The translations under genes were made by a program, and so were the position numbers. 64,000 bases of DNA, taken from assembly GCA_947629305.1 (NCBI GenBank), contig CANRDD010000001.1:6311-70310 (forward strand), given 5' to 3'. The DNA comes from an uncultured Bacilli bacterium. Its GTDB lineage: Bacteria > Bacillota_I > Bacilli_A > RF39 > UBA660. Positions 40,651 through 51,658 of the stretch are shown here, piece after piece (the stretch's first letter is position 1; every line of letters begins with the position of its first letter). The notes beneath the pieces were generated by a model. That model worked only from the letters and a program-made list of their open reading frames with translations, was not told the origin of the DNA and made no database searches.

Positions 40651-42318
40651 ATGAATTATAAAGTATTATATCGAAAGTATCGTCCGGATAGTTTTGATAC
40701 TTTAGTAGGACAAAAACCAATCGTGGATATTCTTAAAAATTCCATTAAAGAGGGCAAAATAGCCCATGCTTATATGTTTTCAGGTCCAAGAGGAACTGGA
40801 AAAACAAGCACAGCGCGAATTTTAGCAAAGGCTATTAATTGTTTAAACAATGAAGATGGTATTGCCTGTGGAAAATGTGTTAATTGTTTAAATTTTAACG
40901 ATAGTCCCGATATTATTGAAATAGATGCCGCTTCTAATAATGGTGTAAATGATATTCGGGAATTAATTAACAACATTAAAATTATGCCAACATCATTAAA
41001 ATATAAAATTTATATTATTGATGAAGTTCATATGTTAAGCGAAAGTGCCTTTAATGCCTTGTTATTAACCTTAGAAGAACCACCGGAACATGCAATTTTT
41101 ATTTTAGCAACAACTAATTTAGAAAGGGTTCCTATCACGATTCTTTCTAGGTGTCAAAAGTATGATTTTAAGCGAATATCTTTAACTGACATAGTGAATC
41201 ATTTAAAAGTCATATGTGAAAAGGAAAACATTAAATATACTGATGAAGCTCTTAGTGAAATTGCAACTCTTGCTGAAGGGGGATTAAGAGATGCATTAAG
41301 TATATTAGATCAATTATCTAAAATAGATAAAGATATTACTTTAGATTTAGTTATAAAAGAAATTGGAACTATTTCTAATAAAAAAATAAATGATTTAGTT
41401 AATGCATTAGGTAATAGGAAAATTGATGAAGTTGTAGGTTTTATTAATGAATTTAGAAATATTAATTTAAATTATAAAGTTGTTATTAAAAAAATAATTG
41501 ATGTTCTGGCTAATAATGCTGTTGATGTTTTAAAAAATGGTTCTAAAAATAATTTAGATTATGATGATTATAAAAATTTGATCTTGGAATTAAATGATAT
41601 TATTAACAAAATAGATATTAGTATTGATCCTTATATTTTAATTGAAATGATTATGCTAAAATATGTTGATAATTCAGAAAAAAAATTAAATAATTTTGAA
41701 AAAGTTATAATTCCTGCGAAAAAATCAGAAGAAAGTATATTACCCAAAGAAAAAAATATTTCCCAGGAAATATTTTTAGACAAAGAAATAAAAAATGAGG
41801 ATAAAATTACAAAAAATATTTCCCAGGAAATAAATTTTCATCCTGAAACGTCTGTTGATGATAAAAAAGTTAACTTAAGAATAAATAATTGTTTTACTTC
41901 AGCATCAAAAGATGAATTAAATAACGTAAAAGAAAAATGGTTGAAATTTTTTGAAGAAGCTCCAACGAATATAAAAGGTTTAATTACAGATACTTCGCCA
42001 GTGGCTTCTTCTAAAGATTATGTTATTTTAGAAACAACAATAAAACATAAAGATATAGAGTTAAATAAACAATTAAAATTAATTGAAAATAGCTATAATA
42101 CGTTATTTTCTAATGAACAAAAATTAATTTTTCTTGATTCTGATAAATGGCTTAATGAAAAAAATAAATATATAGTTAATTTGAAAAAAGGATATAAATA
42201 TACTTTAATGAATGAAGAAGAATTAGAGAAAAGTAATGTAAATAATAATTTTAATAAAGAAAATATTGAAGAAATTGCCAATAATATCTTTAATCATGAT
42301 AAAATAGAATTGCAATGA
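40651..42318 (+). CDS. dnaX: DNA polymerase III subunit gamma/tau
   Basis: YRPDSFDTLVGQ; Walker A GPRGTGKTS; zinc module CGKCVNC; Walker B IYIIDEVHML; SRC motif; internal KNISQEI duplication in the linker. Confidence 0.9.
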   Translation: MNYKVLYRKYRPDSFDTLVGQKPIVDILKNSIKEGKIAHAYMFSGPRGTGKTSTARILAKAINCLNNEDGIACGKCVNCLNFNDSPDIIEIDAASNNGVNDIRELINNIKIMPTSLKYKIYIIDEVHMLSESAFNALLLTLEEPPEHAIFILATTNLERVPITILSRCQKYDFKRISLTDIVNHLKVICEKENIKYTDEALSEIATLAEGGLRDALSILDQLSKIDKDITLDLVIKEIGTISNKKINDLVNALGNRKIDEVVGFINEFRNINLNYKVVIKKIIDVLANNAVDVLKNGSKNNLDYDDYKNLILELNDIINKIDISIDPYILIEMIMLKYVDNSEKKLNNFEKVIIPAKKSEESILPKEKNISQEIFLDKEIKNEDKITKNISQEINFHPETSVDDKKVNLRINNCFTSASKDELNNVKEKWLKFFEEAPTNIKGLITDTSPVASSKDYVILETTIKHKDIELNKQLKLIENSYNTLFSNEQKLIFLDSDKWLNEKNKYIVNLKKGYKYTLMNEEELEKSNVNNNFNKENIEEIANNIFNHDKIELQ

Positions 42319-42337
42319 GAAAGGAAGGAAAAATATT

Positions 42338-42634
42338 ATGAATATGCAAGCAATGATGCAACAAGCACAAAGATTACAAAGAGAAATAATGAAAAAGAAA
42401 GAAGAAGTTGAAAAAAAGACTTTTACAGGTAAATCAGAATGGATAGAATTAACCATGAATGGTAAAAAAGAAGTTTTATCTTTAAAAATTACGAAAGATG
42501 GTACTATTGAAAATGATGATAAAGAAATATTAGAAGATATGTTAATATTAGCAATCAAAGATGCAATGAAGAATGTTGATACGGAAACAGAAAAAGCTTT
42601 AGGTCAATATGCTTCTTTAGGTGGTTTAATGTAA
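42338..42634 (+). CDS. ybaB: Nucleoid-associated protein YbaB/EbfC
   Basis: 98 aa; MNMQAMMQQAQRLQ...ASLGGLM pattern; conserved dnaX-ybaB-recR order. Confidence 0.85.
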   Translation: MNMQAMMQQAQRLQREIMKKKEEVEKKTFTGKSEWIELTMNGKKEVLSLKITKDGTIENDDKEILEDMLILAIKDAMKNVDTETEKALGQYASLGGLM

Positions 42635-43236
42635 TGATTTATCCTGAACCAATAGATGATTTAATAAATTGTTTAAAAAAATTACCTGGCATTGGGGAAA
42701 AAAATGCCGAAAGATTAGCCTTAACCATTAAGGATTTTAAAGCTGAAGATATTGACAAATTTTGCCAAGCTTTGAAGGATGTTAAAGAAAAAATTGAAAT
42801 ATGTCCCATCTGTGGTCATTTATCTGCTGGTGATACTTGTTCAATTTGTCAAGATAAAACCCGTGATCATAATCTGATTTGTGTTACAGAAGATTCAAAG
42901 AGTGTATTTTCTTTTGAAAAAGCTGGCAGTTTTCATGGTGTCTATCATGTTTTACATGGTCTTATATCACCCGCGGATGACATAGGACCTGAGAACATTA
43001 ATATAGCTTCTTTAGTTAAAAGAGTTGAAACTTTAGAAAATCCTGAATTAATTTTAGCTTTAAAATCTACTGTAGAAGGAGAAACAACCACTTTGTATAT
43101 TAAAAAAATATTTGAAAAGAAAAAGGTAGCTATTTCGCGTCTTTCTTATGGTATTCCAATGGGAGCAGAAATAGATTATTTAGATATTATAACACTTGAT
43201 AAAGCCTTAGCGGATCGCAAACAAATCTCTTCATAA
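42634..43236 (+). CDS. recR: Recombination protein RecR
   Basis: HhH LKKLPGIGEKNAERLA; C4 zinc finger CPICGHLSAGDTCSIC; Toprim; 200 aa. Confidence 0.9.
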   Translation: MIYPEPIDDLINCLKKLPGIGEKNAERLALTIKDFKAEDIDKFCQALKDVKEKIEICPICGHLSAGDTCSICQDKTRDHNLICVTEDSKSVFSFEKAGSFHGVYHVLHGLISPADDIGPENINIASLVKRVETLENPELILALKSTVEGETTTLYIKKIFEKKKVAISRLSYGIPMGAEIDYLDIITLDKALADRKQISS

Positions 43237-43273
43237 AATGGACAAACCTTGCATATATAAAAGTGAGGTACTT

Positions 43274-43459
43274 ATGAAAAAAATATTTTTTATAGTTAAA
43301 AGAATAATCTTTGCTTTTTGTTTAATTTATGCTTTTAACTTAGTTGTGGTAGGTTTAGAAATTTTTATACCCTTAAATTTAGTAACCATAAGTGTTGTAT
43401 CTTGTCTTGGTATGCCAGGTCTTTTAGCATTGATAGGTTTATTTTTTGTCATAAAGTAG
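43274..43459 (+). CDS. bofA: BofA-family small membrane protein (pro-sigma-K processing inhibitor homolog)
   Basis: Two TM helices; NLVTISVVSCLGMPGLLALIGLFFV resembles BofA C-terminal NPVTSLVSGFLGIPGIAALVVIQL; follows recR as yaaL/bofA do in Bacillus; start ATG 43274 with GTGAGG RBS. Confidence 0.55.
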   Translation: MKKIFFIVKRIIFAFCLIYAFNLVVVGLEIFIPLNLVTISVVSCLGMPGLLALIGLFFVIK

Positions 43460-43470
43460 GAGGAAGTCAT

Positions 43471-44325
43471 TTGAATATAGCAGTACATAACAATTTAAAA
43501 GCCCTCGTGGATTATTATCATGAGAACAAGCTCTCTCATACTTATTTGCTTGAAACAAATGATATTGAAAAATGCTATGCTGAGTTAAAAATTATTATTA
43601 AAAATATTAATTGTCCTCATGAATATCAAGATAATTGTGCAAATTGTAATCTATGTAAATTACTTGATAATAATTATCTTCCCTCATTTTTAGTTATTGA
43701 ACCAGATGGTAAAATAATTAAAAAAGAACAAATTTTAGATTTAAAAACACGTTTTAGTACTATTCCCATATATACTAAAGAAAATATTTATATTATAAAA
43801 AATGCGGAATGTTTAAATGCTACCTCAGCTAATATGATGTTAAAATTTATTGAAGAGCCCGAAAATAATATCTTAGGATTTTTTATAACAAATAATGTTA
43901 ATAATGTTATTAGTACTATTAAAAGTCGTTGTGAAATAGTTAAAGTTTTTTATGAAGCAAATATGGATAGTATCTATAATAATCCCTATTTTTCTTTAGT
44001 TTATTCTTATTTACAAAAAATAGAACTAGAAAAAAGTAAAGCAATCTTGTATAATAAATCTATATTTTTAAATAATGCTAATTTAGATTATAATTTAATT
44101 TTTAAATTAATGCTTGATATATATATTCAAGCTATTAAAGTTAAAATGGGAGAAGAGGACCAAGAATATAGTGAACAATTTGCCTTTCTTTTAAAAAATG
44201 ATTTAAAAGAATTAAGAAGGCGAGAACAAATAATTAGTGCATATTTAGAAGAATTAATTTATAATGTAAATATAGAATTATTTTTAGATAAATTTGTAAT
44301 AGAACTGAGTGATTTTAATGAATAG
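43471..44325 (+). CDS. holB: DNA polymerase III delta-prime subunit
   Basis: LSHTYLLE...; zinc module CANCNLCK; Walker B-like YIIKNAECL; IKSRCEIV sensor; TTG start 43471 after GTAGGAGG RBS (the ORF-track start overlaps bofA). Confidence 0.75.
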   Translation: MNIAVHNNLKALVDYYHENKLSHTYLLETNDIEKCYAELKIIIKNINCPHEYQDNCANCNLCKLLDNNYLPSFLVIEPDGKIIKKEQILDLKTRFSTIPIYTKENIYIIKNAECLNATSANMMLKFIEEPENNILGFFITNNVNNVISTIKSRCEIVKVFYEANMDSIYNNPYFSLVYSYLQKIELEKSKAILYNKSIFLNNANLDYNLIFKLMLDIYIQAIKVKMGEEDQEYSEQFAFLLKNDLKELRRREQIISAYLEELIYNVNIELFLDKFVIELSDFNE

Positions 44326-45085
44326 ATTATATGGAATAGTATTTAAAGATGGAGGTCAAAGTTATTTTTATAAAAGCTTTGATGAATATAATATAAATGA
44401 TTATGTTTTAGTTGATAGTGAAAGAGGTAAACTACTTGGAAAGATAGTTTCTATTTGTGAATCTAGTGATATAGTTGAAAAAGGAAGTATCTTAAAAAAA
44501 GCTAGTGATGAAGAATATAATGAACATTTAGTTAATTTAAAAGATGCAGATAAAGCTTATCATAAATGTTCTGAATTAGTTAAAGAATTAGAATTAAATA
44601 TGCATGTTATTAATGCTCAATTTAATTTTGATCGAAGTCAATTATTATTTAATTTTACCGCGGAAGAAAGAGTTGATTTTCGGGAATTAGCTCGCCGTTT
44701 AGCGGCTATTTATCATACCCGTATTGAACTTCATCAAATTGGTGCTCGTGATAAAGCTAAAGATGTTGGAGGAATAGGCATCTGTGGAAAAAAATTATGT
44801 TGTAGTAGTTTTTTAAAACAAATTGAAACCGTAACAATGAATATGGCGAAAAATCAAAATTTAGCTTTGAATCCCAGTAAAATAAATGGCTGCTGTGGGC
44901 GTTTGCTATGTTGCCTTGCTTATGAGGATAATGAATACTTAGAATGTTCGAAAGGAATGCCTAGTGTTGGTGATGAAATAAAATGTCCATCTGGCCGAGG
45001 CATTGTGCAAAGTGTTGATATATTAAACCGCAAATGTACTGTTTTAGTTGATGGAGAAAAAGAGGACGTTTATTATGATAGTTAA
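44318..45085 (+). CDS. ricT: PSP1-domain protein RicT/YaaT (stage 0 sporulation protein)
   Basis: MNRLYGIVFKDGGQSYFY...; PSP1 C-terminal domain with conserved Cys pairs (GICGKKLCCSSFL, NGCCGRLLCCLAYE); follows holB as in Bacillus. Confidence 0.8.
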   Translation: MNRLYGIVFKDGGQSYFYKSFDEYNINDYVLVDSERGKLLGKIVSICESSDIVEKGSILKKASDEEYNEHLVNLKDADKAYHKCSELVKELELNMHVINAQFNFDRSQLLFNFTAEERVDFRELARRLAAIYHTRIELHQIGARDKAKDVGGIGICGKKLCCSSFLKQIETVTMNMAKNQNLALNPSKINGCCGRLLCCLAYEDNEYLECSKGMPSVGDEIKCPSGRGIVQSVDILNRKCTVLVDGEKEDVYYDS

Positions 45086-45788
45086 AAATGATTTATATGA
45101 TTATCCTCATCGTTACATTTATCAAGATACGGATGGTTTTAAGTTTTCTATAGATTCTCTTCTTCTTGCGGAATTTGTTAAACTTCCCAAAAAAGATGGC
45201 ATAATATTGGATATGTGTACAGGTAATGCTCCCATTCCTTTAGTTTTATCAACAAAAACAAAAAATAAAATTTATGCTTTTGAAATTCAAAAAGCTGTTT
45301 ATGATTTAGCCAAGGATTCTGTAAGCTTAAATGGTTTAGATGATCAAATTGAAATTTATAATAATGATGTTTTAGATATCGATAAAATATTTCCTGGGAA
45401 ATATTTTGATATTATAACTTGTAATCCCCCTTATTTTGTAACAACATCAACTAGCCAACTTAATAAAAATGATTATTTAACAATTGCTCGGCATGAAGTT
45501 AAAATTAAATTAGATGATATTTTTAGAATAGTTAGCACCCATTTAAAAGAAAATGGGCATTTTTACATGGTTCATCGCCCCGAAAGATTAGATGAAATTA
45601 TTTTAACTAGTGAAAAATATAAATTAAAAATGAAAGTTTTCCAAGTTATCACAACCAAGAATAATATTCCATTCATGATTCTTTGTCACTTTCAAAAACA
45701 TGCTAAACATGGGATAAGATTTAATCCTATTTTAGATATAAGTAACTTAAAAAGTTATCAAAATATTTTTTCCAAGGAGGATAAGTAA
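45075..45788 (+). CDS. tRNA (adenine-N6)-methyltransferase YabB/TrmN6-like SAM-dependent methyltransferase
   Basis: ILDMCTGNAPIPL SAM motif; NPPY motif (ITCNPPYF); position after ricT (yabA apparently absent). Confidence 0.7.
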   Translation: MIVKNDLYDYPHRYIYQDTDGFKFSIDSLLLAEFVKLPKKDGIILDMCTGNAPIPLVLSTKTKNKIYAFEIQKAVYDLAKDSVSLNGLDDQIEIYNNDVLDIDKIFPGKYFDIITCNPPYFVTTSTSQLNKNDYLTIARHEVKIKLDDIFRIVSTHLKENGHFYMVHRPERLDEIILTSEKYKLKMKVFQVITTKNNIPFMILCHFQKHAKHGIRFNPILDISNLKSYQNIFSKEDK

Positions 45789-46340
45789 ATGAAATTAATC
45801 GTTGGTCTTGGTAATCCTGGCCAAGAATATAATTATACAAGACATAACACAGGTTTTATGGTTTTAGATTACTATTTAGATAATCCTATGTATCAAGAAA
45901 AGTTTAATGCTTTATATATAAAAAAAACAATAAAAAATGAAATAGTTTATTTTATTAAACCTTTAACTTTTATGAATTTATCTGGACAAGCTGTTCGCCA
46001 ATATGCCAGTTACTTTAATATTGATTCTAAGGATATTTTGGTTATTCAAGATGATTTAGATCAAGACTTTGGTCATTTCAAATTAAAGAAAAATTCTTCC
46101 TCCGGAGGCCATAATGGGATCAAAAACATTATTCAGGAGTTAGGTACTGATGAATTTGCTCGTTTAAAAATAGGTATTAAAAATGAGTATTTGCATAATG
46201 TTATTGATTTTGTTTTAAACAAATTTTCTAAGGAAGAATTAAATACTTTTCAAGAAACATTACCAACTTATAAAAAAATAATTGATTCATTTATTGAATT
46301 TGGTATTGATAAAACCATGAATATTTATAATACTAAGTAA
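45789..46340 (+). CDS. pth: Peptidyl-tRNA hydrolase
   Basis: MKLIVGLGNPGQEYNYTRHNTGF; 183 aa. Confidence 0.9.
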   Translation: MKLIVGLGNPGQEYNYTRHNTGFMVLDYYLDNPMYQEKFNALYIKKTIKNEIVYFIKPLTFMNLSGQAVRQYASYFNIDSKDILVIQDDLDQDFGHFKLKKNSSSGGHNGIKNIIQELGTDEFARLKIGIKNEYLHNVIDFVLNKFSKEELNTFQETLPTYKKIIDSFIEFGIDKTMNIYNTK

Positions 46341-46352
46341 TGAGGTATAGAT

Positions 46353-49300
46353 ATGGATTTTTTAAATAATTTATTTAAATATGAAAATGAAACAGAAATA
46401 TCTGGTTTAACTGAAGAATTATGTAATATATATATCAATAATTTATATCATTTAAAAAATAAAAATATTATAGTTGTTACTAATTCTTTATATGAAGCTA
46501 ATCGTTTTTATAATAATTTAGCTATTTATGAACAAAATCTCTTTTTATTTCCAATGGATGATTTTTTATCTTCCATGATAGTCGCGGAAAGTCCTGATTT
46601 AAAATATAAAAGATTAGAAACTATTGATAAATTAAAAAATAAAGAACAAGGAATTATTTTAACTAATCTACTTGGGTTTCTAAAATATCTTCCATCTATT
46701 AATATTCAAAATAGTATTGAAATAAATCCAAAGATGAATATTAAAAGAGATGATTTTGTTAATAAATTATATGAACTAGGTTATCAAAAATCTTCACTTG
46801 TAACCCAAACAGGAGAAATTGCTGTTCGGGGTTTTATCGTGGATGTTTATCCACTTGATGAAGTTCATCCTTTAAGAGTCGAATTTGATGGTAATGTTAT
46901 TGATTCTATTCGTTATTTTGATGAAGATACCCAAATCTCCTATGGACCAAAGAATAATTTAGTTATTAAAGCAATGGAAGAAATTAAAACTTCTGAGGTT
47001 AGTAGTCTTTTAGATTATGCAGGAGATTCTATTGTTATTTTTATTGATTATAGTCAAATTGAAGCATCTTATCAAAAACTCATAGAAGATATTTTTACTT
47101 ATCAACAAACTAGTGATAATAAAGACAAATTAATGTATGAATTAACGGATTTAAAGCCAGAATATACTATTTATTTAAATAAATTTGCTACAGGTAAGTA
47201 TAATTTAAATGCTAAAAGTATTGAAAATTATAATTCTAATTTTGAAGTTTTAAGTGATGATGTAGCTAAACAACAAAAATTAGGTCATAAAGTTATTTTT
47301 TGTTTATCTAATGATAAACAAATTAAACAAGTTAAAGAATATGTTAGTAATTGTGAATTTATTAAACAAAAAATAAATCAAGGTTTTCAAATAGATAATT
47401 ATTATGTCATTGGCGAAAATGATATTGAAAAAGTAAATAAAAATCCCATTAATTATAAGAATAATTATCATATAGGTAAGAAAATAAAAGATTTTAATCA
47501 ACTTAATGTTGGTGATTATGTTGTGCATTTAGCGCATGGGATAGGTATTTATCAAGGAATAACATCATTAAGTGTAAGAGGAGCCCAAAAAGATTTTATT
47601 GCCATAGCTTATGAAGGCCAAGATAAAATATATGTTCCTGTTGAAAAAATATCGACAATTTATAAATATACAGAAAAAGAAGGAACAGTTCCTAAAATAA
47701 ATAAGTTAGGAAGTCCAGCTTGGGAAAAAACCAGAAGATATGTTGAAGCTAAAATTAAGGATATATCCGCGGATTTAATTCGTTTATATAAAGAAAGAAT
47801 TAGTGTAGTTGGTGATGCTTATAAAGATTATCCTGAAGAAGATATTTTCGCATCCAGTTTTGCTTATGAATTAACTAAAGATCAAGAAAAAACAATTTTA
47901 GAAATAAATGAAGATTTAAAAAAGACTGTTCCAATGGATAGATTATTATGTGGAGATGTTGGCTTTGGTAAAACAGAAGTAGCTTTAAGAGCGATATTTA
48001 AAACAATCCTTAATAATCATCAAGTTATGTATTTATGTCCTACAACTATTTTATCAAAGCAACAGTTCTTAGTGGCCACGGAAAGATTTAAAGACTGGCC
48101 AATTAATATCGAATTATTAAATCGTCATATCACGGGAAAGAAAAAGAAAGAAGTTTTAGAAGGTTTAAAATCAGGTAAAATTGATTTAGTAATAGGTACC
48201 CACCGGTTACTTAGTGATGACATTGCCTTTAAAGATCTTGGTCTTTTAGTAGTTGATGAAGAGCAAAGATTTGGGGTAACGCATAAAGAAAAAATAAAAC
48301 AATTAAAAAAAGATGTTAATGTTTTAACATTAAGTGCAACACCTATCCCAAGAACATTAAAAATGGCCATGTCTGGTTTAAGAGACCTATCGGTCATTGA
48401 TACCCCACCTGTTAATCGATATCCTGTGCAAACCTATGTTGTTTTAGAAGATGATTTAATTATTCGGGATGCTATTTATAAAGAATTATCTCGTCAAGGC
48501 CAAGTTTTTATTCTTTATAATTATGTAGAAACAATTGAAAAATATATGAATCATATCCAAGAACTTATTCCTGAGGCTAGTATTAAATATGCGCATGGCC
48601 AAATGGAAAAAAATGAACTTGATAATATCATGAGTGATTTTGTTAATGCTAAATTTGATATTTTAATTTGTACAACTATTATTGAAAGTGGCATAGATAT
48701 TCCCAATGTTAATACCTTAATAGTGCAAGATGCTGATAAATTTGGTTTAAGTCAACTTTATCAAATAAGAGGCCGTGTTGGGAGAAGTAATAAAATTGCT
48801 TATGCTTATCTATTATATGCTAAGAATAAAGTTTTAAATGAAATTGCTATTAAAAGACTAGAAACTATTAAAGAATTTACTTCCTTAGGAAGTGGCTACC
48901 GAATTGCGATGCGGGATTTAAGTTTACGTGGAGCTGGCGACATCTTTGGTTCTTCCCAAGCAGGTTTTGTTGATTCAGTTGGTATTAATTTATATATGAA
49001 AATGATTGAAGATGAAGTTAAAAGACAACAAGGCCTAGAAGTTGAAGAAGATACCCAAACAAGTGCCTTAATTAATGTTGCCACCCATATTGATGATTCT
49101 TATGTTAGTGATGAAGATATCAAAATAGAAATTCATCAAAAAATTAATGAAATTGATTCTTATGCTAAACTTTTAAGTATTAAAGAAGAATTAGAAGATC
49201 GTTTTGGTAAAATAAATGAAGATTTACTTGTTTATATGTATGAAGAATGGTTTGAAAAAATAGCCTTAAAAAATAATATTACCAAAGTTACTCAAAATGA

Positions 49301-49499
49301 TCGTTATGTTGAAGTTGAATTACCTGAAGAAGTATCTAAAACAATTAAAGGAGATAAATTACTGATGGAAGCTTTAGCTTTAACTCGTAATTTTAATATA
49401 AAATATATGAATAATAAAATAACAATTCAATTATTAATTAATAATTTAGATCGTCACTTTATTTTCTATTTAGTTACTTTATTAGAAAAAGTATTATAA
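46353..49499 (+). CDS. mfd: Transcription-repair coupling factor Mfd
   Basis: 1048 aa; RecG-like helicase motifs (GDVGFGKTEVALRA, DEEQRFGV, TATPIPRTL); TRG motif region; conserved pth-mfd-spoVT order. Confidence 0.95.
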   Translation: MDFLNNLFKYENETEISGLTEELCNIYINNLYHLKNKNIIVVTNSLYEANRFYNNLAIYEQNLFLFPMDDFLSSMIVAESPDLKYKRLETIDKLKNKEQGIILTNLLGFLKYLPSINIQNSIEINPKMNIKRDDFVNKLYELGYQKSSLVTQTGEIAVRGFIVDVYPLDEVHPLRVEFDGNVIDSIRYFDEDTQISYGPKNNLVIKAMEEIKTSEVSSLLDYAGDSIVIFIDYSQIEASYQKLIEDIFTYQQTSDNKDKLMYELTDLKPEYTIYLNKFATGKYNLNAKSIENYNSNFEVLSDDVAKQQKLGHKVIFCLSNDKQIKQVKEYVSNCEFIKQKINQGFQIDNYYVIGENDIEKVNKNPINYKNNYHIGKKIKDFNQLNVGDYVVHLAHGIGIYQGITSLSVRGAQKDFIAIAYEGQDKIYVPVEKISTIYKYTEKEGTVPKINKLGSPAWEKTRRYVEAKIKDISADLIRLYKERISVVGDAYKDYPEEDIFASSFAYELTKDQEKTILEINEDLKKTVPMDRLLCGDVGFGKTEVALRAIFKTILNNHQVMYLCPTTILSKQQFLVATERFKDWPINIELLNRHITGKKKKEVLEGLKSGKIDLVIGTHRLLSDDIAFKDLGLLVVDEEQRFGVTHKEKIKQLKKDVNVLTLSATPIPRTLKMAMSGLRDLSVIDTPPVNRYPVQTYVVLEDDLIIRDAIYKELSRQGQVFILYNYVETIEKYMNHIQELIPEASIKYAHGQMEKNELDNIMSDFVNAKFDILICTTIIESGIDIPNVNTLIVQDADKFGLSQLYQIRGRVGRSNKIAYAYLLYAKNKVLNEIAIKRLETIKEFTSLGSGYRIAMRDLSLRGAGDIFGSSQAGFVDSVGINLYMKMIEDEVKRQQGLEVEEDTQTSALINVATHIDDSYVSDEDIKIEIHQKINEIDSYAKLLSIKEELEDRFGKINEDLLVYMYEEWFEKIALKNNITKVTQNDRYVEVELPEEVSKTIKGDKLLMEALALTRNFNIKYMNNKITIQLLINNLDRHFIFYLVTLLEKVL

Positions 49500-49551
49500 G
49501 TATAATTTTCTAAAAAAGCACCACAATAAGAATAGAATTGGAGTGAAGTAG

Positions 49552-50067
49552 TTGAAATCTACAGGTGTTACAAGAAGAATTGATGAACTTGGAAGAATTG
49601 TTATTCCCAAAGAAATTAGACGTAATTTAGGTATTAGAGATGGGGAAACATTAGAAATATATACAAGTGAGGAAGGAATATTTTTACAAAAACATTCTAT
49701 TTTACATAATTATGCTGAAATAGGAACTAAGTTATGTGAAATAATTAGTTCTGTTTTAAACATCGAAATTATTTTAACTGATCGGGAAAAAGTTATTTCT
49801 TCAACTCATAATAATCACATAATAGGTAAAAATATTCCTCCTGAATTTATTAAACTTATTGATGGAAGAGAAACTTTAAATAGTGAATTTGAAATGGCTG
49901 TTAATATTGATACTGAACAAATAAAAGGTTATTTTAATATTTGTCCTATTATCTCTTCCATTGATTCATTAGGTTTAGTTATCATTGTTAATAATAAACC
50001 AAATAATATGCAAGATATAGCTAAATTAATAGCTAAAATTATGGCTGAAAAATTAGATATATATTAA
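49552..50067 (+). CDS. spoVT: Stage V sporulation protein T (AbrB-type swapped-hairpin N-domain + GAF-like C-domain)
   Basis: MKSTGVTRRIDELGRIVIPKEIRRNLGIRDGETLEIY (AbrB/SpoVT N-domain); 171 aa; directly after mfd as in Bacillus/Clostridium; TTG start. Confidence 0.8.
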   Translation: MKSTGVTRRIDELGRIVIPKEIRRNLGIRDGETLEIYTSEEGIFLQKHSILHNYAEIGTKLCEIISSVLNIEIILTDREKVISSTHNNHIIGKNIPPEFIKLIDGRETLNSEFEMAVNIDTEQIKGYFNICPIISSIDSLGLVIIVNNKPNNMQDIAKLIAKIMAEKLDIY

Positions 50068-50127
50068 TTTTCTAAATTATAGACAAATTTTTCATAATAT
50101 AGTAATATTATATTAGAAAGAAGGTTT

Positions 50128-50697
50128 ATGATGAAAAAAGGTTATATTGTTTTAGGAGTAATTGGCGCCATTATTTTACTTGGTGTTATCTATGGTGTAT
50201 CAACTTATAATAGTTTAGTTAGTTTAAAAGAAACAGTTGATGCTGATGTTAGTGAAATAGATAATCAATTAGAAAGAAGAGCTGATTTAATTCCTAATTT
50301 AGTTAATACTGTTAAAGGTTATATGAAACATGAAGAAGATGTTATAGCAAGTGTAACAGAAGCTCGGGCAAATTTAGTTGGAGCTAGCAATATTAAAGAT
50401 AAAGCTGAAGCTAATGAAAAGTTAGATCAAGCTCTTAATGCTTTACTTGTTATTGTTGAAAATTATCCTGAACTTAAAGCTAATGAAAATTTTATTAATT
50501 TACAAGATGAATTAGCGGGTACAGAAAATAGAATTAGTAATGCCCGACGTAATTATAATGAAGATGTAAAAAAATATAATCAAAGTATTAAACATTTTCC
50601 TAAAAATATTATAGCTAATATGTTTAATTATGATGAAGCTGAATATTTTGAAGCTGATGAAAGTAAAAAAGATGTTCCAAATGTAGATTTTAATTAA
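50128..50697 (+). CDS. lemA: LemA family membrane protein
   Basis: N-terminal TM, then YNSLVSLKETVDADVSEIDNQLERRADLIPNLVNTVKGY (LemA signature); 189 aa. Confidence 0.8.
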   Translation: MMKKGYIVLGVIGAIILLGVIYGVSTYNSLVSLKETVDADVSEIDNQLERRADLIPNLVNTVKGYMKHEEDVIASVTEARANLVGASNIKDKAEANEKLDQALNALLVIVENYPELKANENFINLQDELAGTENRISNARRNYNEDVKKYNQSIKHFPKNIIANMFNYDEAEYFEADESKKDVPNVDFN

Positions 50698-50721
50698 AAA
50701 TCTATATCTTTTTTAATTAAG

Positions 50722-51609
50722 GTGATAATTTTGAAAAAAATATTGATTATATTACTTTTATTATTTGTTTTTCTTTTAGAACCTAAAGCTTTAGTTAAAC
50801 CAACAAAAGAATTTTATGTTAATGATTATGCTAATATATTAAGTAATGAAACAGAAGAATTTATTATTAATCATTCCCAAAGTTTAGAAGCTAAAACTAA
50901 GGCTCAAATTGTTGTTGTAACTGTTCTTAATTTAGAAGGAGAGAATTTGGAAACTTATGCTAATAAATTATTTAATGAATTTGGTATAGGTGATGCTAAA
51001 GAAAATAATGGTTTATTACTTTTACTAGCATTAGATGAAAGGTTATTTAGAGTTGAAGTTGGTTATGGTTTAGAAGGAATATTACCTGATGGTTTAACAG
51101 GTCGTTATCAAGATGATTATATTATTCCTTATTTAAAAGAAAATAAATGGGATGAAGGAATTAAAAATGGTTATTCTGCCTTTTATAAAAAAATATGTGA
51201 AGAATATAATATAGATGCTGATGATATAGTTGTTCAGCAAAATGATAATGAGAATATTGGTGAATTATTTTTTGTAATTCTTTATTCTATTATGTTTTAT
51301 GGTTTTATCTTAGGTCATAACTTTTATTTAGCTAAAAAAAATAAAAGATATTTTCCTTCAATTATTATGAGTATAATTAACATTTTAATTTATGTTTTAA
51401 TTTTCTTTAGTAAATATCAAAGTTTTATTATGCTTTGGGTTATATCCGAATTAATTCTATTTTTTATTGGTATAAATAGTCATAATATTAAAAATGGGGG
51501 AAGTGGGATTTACTTTGGAGGTTCTGGTGGCTTTGGAGGATCATCTGGAGGAGGCTTCTCAGGGGGAGGAGGATCATCCGGAGGAGGAGGTTCTTCCCGT
51601 GGTTTTTAG
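50722..51609 (+). CDS. TPM-domain (YgcG-like) protein with TM segments and Gly-rich tail; canonical LemA partner
   Basis: YVNDYANILS...AQIVVVTV...GLLLLLALDERLFRVEVGYGLEG (TPM domain); C-terminal GGSGGFGGSSGGGFSGGGG. Confidence 0.75.
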   Translation: MIILKKILIILLLLFVFLLEPKALVKPTKEFYVNDYANILSNETEEFIINHSQSLEAKTKAQIVVVTVLNLEGENLETYANKLFNEFGIGDAKENNGLLLLLALDERLFRVEVGYGLEGILPDGLTGRYQDDYIIPYLKENKWDEGIKNGYSAFYKKICEEYNIDADDIVVQQNDNENIGELFFVILYSIMFYGFILGHNFYLAKKNKRYFPSIIMSIINILIYVLIFFSKYQSFIMLWVISELILFFIGINSHNIKNGGSGIYFGGSGGFGGSSGGGFSGGGGSSGGGGSSRGF

Positions 51610-51658
51610 CCTCTTGCACAAATAAAAACTTTATGCTAAACTAAATTATAAGTTGACA